NCBI GenBank assembly: GCA_965240325.2
Contig: OZ251229.1
Location: forward strand, 744,001-808,000
DNA: 64,000 bases
From: Rebecca billardiae RCC1528
Lineage: Eukaryota > Protista > Haptophyta
Reading direction: 5' to 3'
The notes under the pieces were generated by a model. The model had not been told where the DNA came from, made no database searches, and saw nothing but the letters and a program-made list of their open reading frames with translations. Shown here one piece after another: positions 55,944-64,000 of the stretch (its first letter is position 1; the number at the start of each line of letters is the position of its first letter). A program made the position numbers and the translations under genes.

Positions 55944-58148
55944 ATGTCGTCGCTCGACGAGGCCGAGCGCCGGCTGAATCAGCTGAGGGCGCAGGCCGCG
56001 CTCCAGGGAGCAGCGGCCGAGGCGCCAGCGCACGCGGCGAGCCCATCAGGCCGTGCGTGGGCCGCTCCACGCGCCGGCGATTCGCCCTCACGCGCCGCGG
56101 GCCTCGACCCGTCCGACCCAGACTTCCTCGCACGGCTGGCCGAGCTCAAGGCGCAGCACGCGCGCAACCTGCGCGAGCTCGAGCGGCAGCTGGCGCGGGC
56201 GAGCGTGCGGTCGCCCCGCGGCGGCACCTCTGCGTCCCTCAGCACCGCCGTCGCCAGCGCCTCGCGCCCCCGGAGCGCGAGCAGTGGGCGCGCGCGCGGC
56301 GGCGATCTCTTCGGTGGCGCAGACGGCGCGCTCGCGCAGGAGGCGGTGCGCGACAACGCCCACCTCGCCGAGCGCGCGCGCGAGCTGGACGAGCTGCTCG
56401 CGGGGGTTCGACCCCGCCGCGTTGTGAACACCTCCCGCCTCGACGCCGCCTACCGACGCTTGCGCGAACGACCGCGCTCGGCGCCGTCGCAGCGGCCGCG
56501 CGCACGTGCGACCGTGCCCGAGCCCTTCTCGTTCGAGGGGCGGGACGAGGCGCGCCGACGGACGCGCGACCAGCAGCGCCGCGCGCGGCTGAGCGCGGAG
56601 CGCGAGGAGGAGGAGGAGATCCTCGTCCGCCCCTTCAAGGCCGCCCCGGTGCCGCCCTCCACCGTCGAGAACCGGTACGAGCGCATGGTGGCCGAGCAGC
56701 GCGCGCGGCGCGCGCAGGTGGCAGTGGAGCGCAAGCAGGTGCTCGAGCGCGACCTGAAGCCGTTCTCCTTCGACTCGCGGCCGCCCGTGCCCCGCCGACG
56801 GCCGCGCGTGAAGAGCGCCGACGAGCTCGCGCGCGAGCACAAGTTCAAGGCGAAGCCCGTCCCCGCCGCCGTCTCGCAGCGCGTGTACGAGCAGCTGCAG
56901 CGGGACGAGGCGATGCGCAAGGAGCGCGTGAGCCGGGCGGCGCACGAGCTGCTCGCGCAGGCGTCGCTGCCGCCGCGGATGGAGCTGCACGAGAAGGTGG
57001 GCAAGGTGAACAGAGTGAGCAAGGTGAGCCCTGCACCGCGCGGCGCGCGCGCGCGCCGGACGCGCGCGACACGCGCTGCGGGGCGTGCGCGCGCGCGCGG
57101 ACTGACTCGCGCGCGGCACACACGCGCGCGCGCGCCGCCTCGCAGCAGGGGGAGCTGAGCGGTGGCGGTGCGGCTGGCGAGGAGCTCTTCAAGCCCAAGA
57201 TCAACCCCTTGTCGCCAGCGATCCCCGCCTTCGATCAGATGCAGAAGCGCTTCGAGCACGTGCGCGCGCCCGCCCCCGGCACGGCCGGCGCCCCCGTGTG
57301 CCCGTGCGCCGCGAGGCGCGTCACCCCATCCCGCGCGCGTGCGCGTGTGAGAGAGGGCGCCAACCGCGCCGCCGCGCGCTGCGCCGATCGCGGCTCGCGC
57401 GGCCACGCGCAGGCGCTGGCGAAGAAGAAGCGCTCGGTGGGCAAGACCGACCCGCAGCCCTTCTCCATGTACACCGATCGGCGGCCCAACCGCATGGACC
57501 GCGTGCTGCGCGACATCGAGCGCGACGCGCTCGTGCTGCCCGAGCAGCGCTGGCCACACGCGTCCTCGCGCGCGCCCGCCCGGTTTGAGCCGGTTGACCT
57601 CGGACCGCCGCCAGACTCGGCGTATCGCACGACGCTCGCGGCCGAGCTGCGCCGCGCCAGCCTTGAGGACGAGCAGGAGCTCCGACGCGCCATCGACGAT
57701 CAGAAGCGGGCCGAGGACGAGGAGCGCATCGAGAAGCAGCGCCGGATCAACGCGGAGGTCGCGGCGGTGGGCGCTCGCGCGCGCGCGACACCGTGGCGCG
57801 GCGCGCGGCCGAGCGAGCGCCGTGACCACCGCTGTACGCCGCGCGCTCAACCGCGCGTGTGCCCTCGCGCGCTCGCGCCCTCCTCGCGCGCAGGTGCTCA
57901 AGCCCACGTTTGTCAGCCGCGACGCGCACATCCAGAAGCGGCGCAAGGACAAGCTCGCCGACGAGCGCGAGAAGCGGCAGAACTGGGAGCGCGTCAAGAA
58001 GGAGATCGAGGCGAACGTGCGCAAGCGGCCGCACCTCTTCGAGCAGGCGTCCACGTCCGTGCACGTGGACCGCGCGCGGCAGGAGCGCCTCGAGCAGTTC
58101 GAGCAGACGCTGCGGGACAACGGGCTGGGAGAGCTCATCGACGGCTGA
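55944..58148 (+). CDS. FAM161: FAM161/UPF0564-family centriolar microtubule-binding protein; introns ~57024-57148, 57260-57412, 57767-57893
   Basis: TVPEPFSF, PFKAAPVP, LKPFSF, FKAKPVP, ASLPPRM, FKPKINP..IPAFD and KRPHLFEQ. Confidence 0.85.
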
Positions 58149-58399
58149 CGGCCCGACCACTCGCTGACGCCGACCACTGAACTCGGCGCGGCCCATCATG
58201 ATCAGCCTTCGAAGGCATCACCATTGTCAGCGGCGCACTCGCGGAACTTCTGTAGTCTTCTCGCGTCGTCTGCGGTCTGACGTCTGCGAGGCGGAGGCAG
58301 CCGATGCCGTCAGCCGAGCCAAGTCGTCTGCCGAGCTGAGGCCGGACGGCCGGTGATCGACAGCTTCATAGTCTGCGGGCGCAGCCGAAGACTCAGACT

Positions 58400-60027
58400 A
58401 ATTCTATGATTTAAAGACACAGGCACGAGGGCGCAGCTCTCCTGATTCGTCTGTCGAAGTACTGAATGGAGTTAATGGAGGATGTCGCTGGAGCGCGTTG
58501 GCCGCGGGTGAGGGAGTCGTCGTAACCGATGCTGATCACACGGTCACTGAGGTAGTAGGCGCCCGGGGATGCCGCTGTTTTGCAGTCGTCGTCGGCCTTG
58601 GTCATCATGTAGTTGCCCGCGTCGTCGTCGTCCGAGGCTGTTCAAGTTGATGCCGTAGTGCGGGTAGTGGATGTGGTCGCCCGGGCCGGTGTGCGCGGCC
58701 TAGTGGCCTTGCCGAGTTGAGGGAGTAGTCGCCCTTGCCGTTGAGGAAGTCGTCGTCCTTGCCGTTGAGGAAGTCGTCGCCCTGGCCGCAGAGGAAGTCG
58801 TCGCCCTTGCCGTTGAGGAAGTCGTCGTCCTGGCCGCTGAGGGTGCCTGCGCTGCCCAACCGGGCGCGTCTGGCGCGCCAGCGCCGCGCGCGGCTCTACG
58901 CCAGTGACGGCGGCACGGCGGCAGCCAGGTCACGGGGGGGGTCGGCGAGGGACGCGGTGCGAGCCTGCTTGGCCGGCTTGGCGTCGCTCCCGCCAGCGGA
59001 GGAGGGCCCATCCTCCTCCGCCGGCGTGGACGGCTCGGTCGCCGCGCGCTTGCCGGCTGCCGCGGCGCCGGGGGGCAGGACCAGGCGGTAGTTGGACTCC
59101 CCGAGCGCCGGCCTGGCCTGTTGCACCTCGGGCCCGTCCGACGGCGCGGCCGCGGTTGGCGGCTGGGGTGGCGGGATGGCATCGTCGGAACCCTCCCCCT
59201 CGGGCTCCTCCGCCTCCGGGCCGGCGGGGTCCGCCGCCTGTTGGTCGGCCGGCTGAGGAGCAGGGCGGCGCGCAGCGGCGGGCGGCGCGGGCGGCACAGG
59301 CGGCGCGGGCGGCACGCCCCACAGGTTGTGTGGGACGCGGGCGGCGCCGGCGATGCGGCGGCTCGGCTTGAGCGGCGCGAAGAAGATGGGGTGCTCGGGG
59401 TCGATGGGCATGAAACGGAGGCGGAGGAAGATCAGGTTCACACCGCCGGAGTAGATGTTGGTCTCGACGTGCTCACCGTTGGTCACGTACTTGTTGATGT
59501 CGGGCACGATCTGCTCGTAGAGGGCCCTGTGGAACTGCACGAGCGTCATCGTGGGGCTAACCGGGAGCGTGAGGGACACGTCCTTCGCCTGGGTTGCGAG
59601 GTCGGCCGCCGACAGCGCGAGCATCTCCTGCGTGAGCTCCGTGGTGCACGCCGTGAAAATGTTCGGCATGCACAGGCTGGTGGCCAGGCGGCGGCAGATG
59701 GCCATGTTCTCGAGCACCGATCCGGTGAAGGAGAAAACGTGCTTATTGCCTTTGGGGTCCTGGGTGAGTCCTGCGAGCAGTCGCCCGCCTTGCGAGTTGG
59801 GCGCCACGTCGCTCAGGCAGCGCGCGCTCAGCTTGATCATCGTCGTGCACATCTGCAGGCCCGCATCCCGCCTGGCGGTGGGGGTGCTCGGCCGTTCCAG
59901 CTGCAGCCCGCGCTCGTAGTTGCTGGAAGAGGGGAAGAAGGTCAAGGCGCTCCTGCTGTTGAGACGGTCGCGGAACACGCCGTACTCGTAAGGGGGCATG
60001 GTAGCCGGTGTGGCGGGCGCGGGGCTG

Positions 60028-60075
<48 letters not shown>

Positions 60076-60650
60076 GCGGGCACTGCGGTGCGAGCGAGGT
60101 CGGTGCTGGTGCCAAAGGCATTTCGGCGCGCGGGGTTGAAATCAAATTTCAAAACCCAGGTCCGGAGTGGCCCCGCCGGTCCCCCGGACCACGGCGGCCC
60201 GTCGTGCGTTTCGGGGGGAGAGGGGTTTGTCGCGAAACGGGCAGGATGGGGAGGGGGGGGGGGGGGGGGGGGGGGGCTCGCGGCCGCCGCGGGGAGGCCG
60301 GGACGGGCGCGGTCTCCACCTGAGGGCCGGGCGCTGCTCAGGAAGGAGGGCGGCCCACACTCCGCGTGTCGCTCCCCAGTGCCTCCGCACTTCGCCGTCG
60401 TGTCGGGATGAGCATGCGCTTGGCGTCCGCACCGGGCCAGTCCTTGCATGGTCAGCAAGCAGGCGGGGGGGGGGGGGCGTGCGTGTGCAAGCGCGGGTGG
60501 ATATGTCGTGTCTGCGATATGCGGAGTGTTGGATGCGGGTTGCGCCGGTGCCCCAGGGCACCGGTGAGTGTGTAGCTGTTTCGGGCACGCCTCGCGAACG
60601 CGAGGCGCTGGAAGACATGGCCGAGGGAGGACCGCCTGACTGGTGTCGAG
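58400..60650 (-). mobile_element. Longest copy of the retroposon-like element (single ORF, no RT seen); 5' boundary approximate
   Basis: Its terminus is shared with three other copies. Poly-C tracts in the leader; 24-bp repeat array at ~58717-58840. Confidence 0.6.
58896..59999 (-). CDS. Element-encoded hypothetical protein (ORF1/gag-like candidate), 367 aa
   Basis: A globular-looking ~225-aa region followed by a Pro/Ala/Glu-rich tail. No domain recognised. Confidence 0.6.
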   Translation of the reverse strand: MPPYEYGVFRDRLNSRSALTFFPSSSNYERGLQLERPSTPTARRDAGLQMCTTMIKLSARCLSDVAPNSQGGRLLAGLTQDPKGNKHVFSFTGSVLENMAICRRLATSLCMPNIFTACTTELTQEMLALSAADLATQAKDVSLTLPVSPTMTLVQFHRALYEQIVPDINKYVTNGEHVETNIYSGGVNLIFLRLRFMPIDPEHPIFFAPLKPSRRIAGAARVPHNLWGVPPAPPVPPAPPAAARRPAPQPADQQAADPAGPEAEEPEGEGSDDAIPPPQPPTAAAPSDGPEVQQARPALGESNYRLVLPPGAAAAGKRAATEPSTPAEEDGPSSAGGSDAKPAKQARTASLADPPRDLAAAVPPSLA

Positions 60651-61070
60651 TATACAAATATAATATATACAAGTGTTTGTGCTACCTTAGCAGGACCCTG
60701 CCTAGACCGTCATCTGTAATATCGTGAGGCCTGCGACTCGCTGCGCTCACCGACCACCCGTCCCAGAAAGCCGCCCTGAGCCCGTCTTCGGCTCAGCGGG
60801 CTCAAAACATGCCCACGGCATGTTTTGAGCTCAGTGACTATGAAATGGGCTGGCAACGAATAGCTGCGGGTATTTTTCAATACCAGGGAGCCTTGATGTA
60901 GGGGGCTGGGACGGGTGGGGCACGCACGGCCGCACGAAAAACTGCGATCGACGAGCTCACCCTTTTTGATTTCCATTTTCCCGGCAGCGCGAATTGCCCA
61001 GGACCGAGCCCAGTCGCCACGTTGTCCGCCACGTTGGACGTCGCGTGGCGCACGGTGCTGCCGTTCGACG

Positions 61071-61853
61071 ATGAAGATCAAGAAGCTCAAGCGCACGAGG
61101 AAGACGCTCATGTACTACGCGACCGTACACGGCATCCGACCCCCATTCACCGTGCTCGTCGACGGCACCTTTGTGCAGGGCACCATCGTGCAGAAGCTCG
61201 CAATCAAGGACGAGCTTGAGAAGCTGCTGGGGGGAAAGGTGATCGTTGGCGTCACCGACGCCATGGTCGCCGAGCTTCGCGCTCTCGGCGAGCCGTATGC
61301 GGCTGCGGCGATCGTGGCTCGCCGGCTCCAGCGAATCAGCATCGCCACCGCGCCCACCGCGCGCACTGTGAGCGACATCATTGTGCATGCCGTCAAGGGC
61401 GGCAATCCATCGAAGCTCTGCATCGCGACGGAGGATATGGCGCTGCAGCAGAGGCTGCGGAAAATCCCAGGCGTCCCACTCCTTCGCTTAGCTCGCAGCA
61501 GCATTGTGCTCGACCGCCCGGTGCGCGAGGACGCGCCCAACCCCCACACGCAGGCTGAACTCGCCCACCAGCTGCCGACACCCTCCGCTGACTTGGCCGA
61601 CAAGGCCGACCGCCAAGCTGTGGTCAGGCAGCGCAAGCGGCCAGCCGCTCCGAACCCGCTCTCCTGCAAGAAGCGCAAAGTCGAGAACCGGCCGCCATCA
61701 GCGCAGCCGCCCGACACCTCGCCATCAGGCCGCGGTGATCACGACACCACAACACAGGCGACGAAGCGCAAGGCCAGGTCTCGCTCTCGGACGCGCGCGA
61801 GGTCGAGAACGTCGAAGGCCTCGAATTCAAGCTCACAGACTCAGATTCCGTGA
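61071..61853 (+). CDS. UTP23: rRNA-processing protein UTP23 (PIN/Fcf1 family)
   Basis: MKIKKLKRTRKTLMYY..GIRPPFTVLVDGTF..ATED..LRKIPGVPL..PNPLSCKK. Confidence 0.92.
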   Translation: MKIKKLKRTRKTLMYYATVHGIRPPFTVLVDGTFVQGTIVQKLAIKDELEKLLGGKVIVGVTDAMVAELRALGEPYAAAAIVARRLQRISIATAPTARTVSDIIVHAVKGGNPSKLCIATEDMALQQRLRKIPGVPLLRLARSSIVLDRPVREDAPNPHTQAELAHQLPTPSADLADKADRQAVVRQRKRPAAPNPLSCKKRKVENRPPSAQPPDTSPSGRGDHDTTTQATKRKARSRSRTRARSRTSKASNSSSQTQIP

Positions 61854-62142
61854 GTCTTGTAAGCTCGCACGTCTGACGATGAGTGCTATAAGTTGCAGTA
61901 GCATTGTCAATGTCTGATTATGCGCGGAAAGTGGAGCCCTACACGGTAGCATCCGGGCTGCCGCCCCGCCCGGGCGGAACTAACTTCGCGGCTTACTTAA
62001 TACTTGCCCGTCATCGGCGACGCCAGAGTCGCCATCGGACTCCAGAGTACGTGGCACTTGCGCAGGCCGAATCATCGTAATAACGCCTGCTTATAGATCG
62101 AAGGCTAAGTCCTAACGACTAACGTAAACGGTAAGCTTGACT

Positions 62143-62509
62143 AATTCTATGATTTAACTCTTAGTTCGACACACTACACAGTACACCGAGTGTACACAGG
62201 CATGAGGGCGCGCAGCTCTCCGGCCTTAGAATCCTGCTTAGATTCGTCTGTCGAAGTACGGATGATTGGAGGCTGACGGAGCCAGGATGCTGACTCACAG
62301 CTAGTGAGTAGTGAGCTGCTGAGTCGCCCTCGGCCTCCGCGCGGACTGGCGGAGCGCGTTGGCCGTGGGTGAGTTCGAGGAGTCAGGAGGGTCTTATCCG
62401 GAGGGAGCCGTCGCCGATGCTGATCACACGGAGGAAGTGGGCGCCCAGGGATATGCCGCGGTATTATTTGCAGTCGTCGCCGGCCTTGGTCATCATGTAT
62501 AGTTGCCCG
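62143..62509 (-). mobile_element. Old, diverged copy of the retroposon-like 3' region
   Basis: Colinear blocks AATTCTATGATTTAA, GATTCGTCTGTCGAAGTAC, CCGATGCTGATCACACGG and GGCCTTGGTCATCATGTA. Confidence 0.75.
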
Positions 62510-62827
62510 AACTACGCCTCATGGACGAAGTTTTATATTAAATTTTTAATTATTATAATAATAACATATTATAATAATATCTGAACTACATATATTATTA
62601 TAAGAATTGTAGTTTTTCTCGTCGGATTACTACAGTTCAGTTCATGGCCCTCCGCAGCGATCGGGTACAGCCACTCGCGGCTCGCCCCCAGAGATACATA
62701 TGTGCACACGTACCCTGCCTGCCATCACCCTGGCAGTGCCGAGCCCTGAATTCTGTGAACGTGCCGGCACGGTCCTTCCACCGCGGACCGACAGAGGATA
62801 GCTCCACGGCACTGCACCTTGACTGCA

Positions 62828-63327
62828 TCACCCATCCGACGTGTCTGTCTCGTTGACGTCACCCGCAGCCTCTTTCGCTGATTCTGCTGCTGCGGCCGTG
62901 CTCGTTGCGTGCACCACGACGGGCACAATGATGATGAGGAGAAGCACGATGACGATGAATGCGATCAGCGCATTCATCTTTGCGTTCTTCATGCACATGT
63001 TTTTCTTCACCTGGTTGCTGCGCTTGTAGAACTTCTTCGACTCCTCGGTCAGGCTAGCTGCGCGCCGGAGCGCGAGACGCGGGCGCACGCCTCAGCACGG
63101 CACGGCACGCGCGCGTGCGCGTGTTCGCGGCACAAGCGAGTGCGCGCGCGCGCACCAGCCTTGTCTTCCAGGACCTCCGCCTTTTCGTAGTTGGAGAGCA
63201 TCTGGCTGACGTTATCCCTCATCACCCCCTGCACCTCCTCGACCTGCAGCTGCACCTCCTGCACCCTGTTTATTTCCGATGGGCCTCCGGCCCCCCCTTG
63301 CCCCGGCGGCGGCGGCATCGCGGCCAT
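62828..63327 (-). CDS. Synaptobrevin/VAMP-like SNARE (no longin domain); intron 63058-63155
   Basis: QVEEVQGVMRDNVSQMLSNYEKAEVLEDKA|ASLTEESKKFYK followed by a C-terminal TM helix. Confidence 0.9.
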
Positions 63328-64000
63328 GGCGGCTGTGTTTGGCGGCGGCTGGGCCAAGCAAGGGTGGTCTTTTAGATCTAGAGCGCCCCAGCTTTCCAGC
63401 TTCCGGAACCGCAGTCGGTACAAGGGTAGTAAGGGTGAGCAACTCCGCTGGCGACAGCCGCGAAGGTCGGGAGCCCTCTGTTCAAGTGCCGCGAGCGGAG
63501 CGGAGCGAGTACTATCAGCGGCGGAGGGCGCTGAGGCCGCGCACGGCGTGAGGCGCGGCGTCGGCCGAGTCGGTCCGCGGAGGATGCGCGGCGCTCGGCC
63601 CGCTGCGCAGCGGTAGTGCGCCTCACTTTGCCCCGAGCGCCGTCCTCCGCGTCGCCTCCTTCCCGCCTTGGAGCAGCACGCATGTGCGCGCCGCCACCCG
63701 TTGAAGGCGGCACGGGCTTGCTCAGACGACCGCGCGCGCATGGCGCGCGACTTGGTCGGCTGCGCGCGCGCGCTGCCGCGGTGCAAGGTAGCGCCGCCGC
63801 ATGCGCGCGCCGTGCCCGCGCGAGAGCGTGTGCGCCGACCTGAGTGCGACCTCACACACATGTCGAATGCTGCCTTGGCATCCGACTTGCCGACTGACGG
63901 GAAGCTGGAAAAGACAGCGGCGTGAGTGTTGGTACCATCGATGCGGAGCCTTAGCGTCCACTTGCATTCGTGCTGAGAATGTATAGACAAGACTAGGCCT

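Noticed and set aside
58400-58465. Hammerhead ribozyme or Helitron end at the element terminus
   Set aside because: No complete CTGANGA/GAAA core, and no CTRR end with an A|T insertion site.
58717-58840. RTX calcium-binding repeats
   Set aside because: The period is 8 aa rather than the GGxGxDxLx nonapeptide, and coding status is unproven.

Overview
GC-rich, gene-dense eukaryotic DNA with short GT-AG introns rich in GC dinucleotides (donors mostly GTGCG/GTGAG). Composition, intron style and gene content suggest a haptophyte-like alga (inference). About 19 protein genes are supportable: APC11, a sulfotransferase, ankyrin+SnoaL, a 7TM-HET/TIR-LRR fusion, a nucleoside hydrolase-TM-TIR fusion, a filamin-repeat protein, three EsV-1-7-repeat genes, a CNBD channel, GT29, a 2OG oxygenase, LIM+RhaM-like, a DIEGA-repeat protein, a receiver-domain protein, DEK-C/BAH/Plus3, FAM161, UTP23 and a synaptobrevin. 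There is also one tRNA-Glu and many mobile-element relics. The strongest candidate for a new system is the head-to-head pair at 12.8-21.2 kb: a GPCR-like receptor fused to an apparently intact HET/TIR-like domain and LRRs, facing a membrane protein that joins a nucleoside-hydrolase fold to a degenerate TIR-like domain. Other highlights are an EsV-1-7 zinc-repeat cluster around a piggyBac-like relic, a retroposon-like family with four same-ended copies and a visible empty site, and several unusual domain fusions. All domain calls come from motif recognition by eye; no database searches were run.
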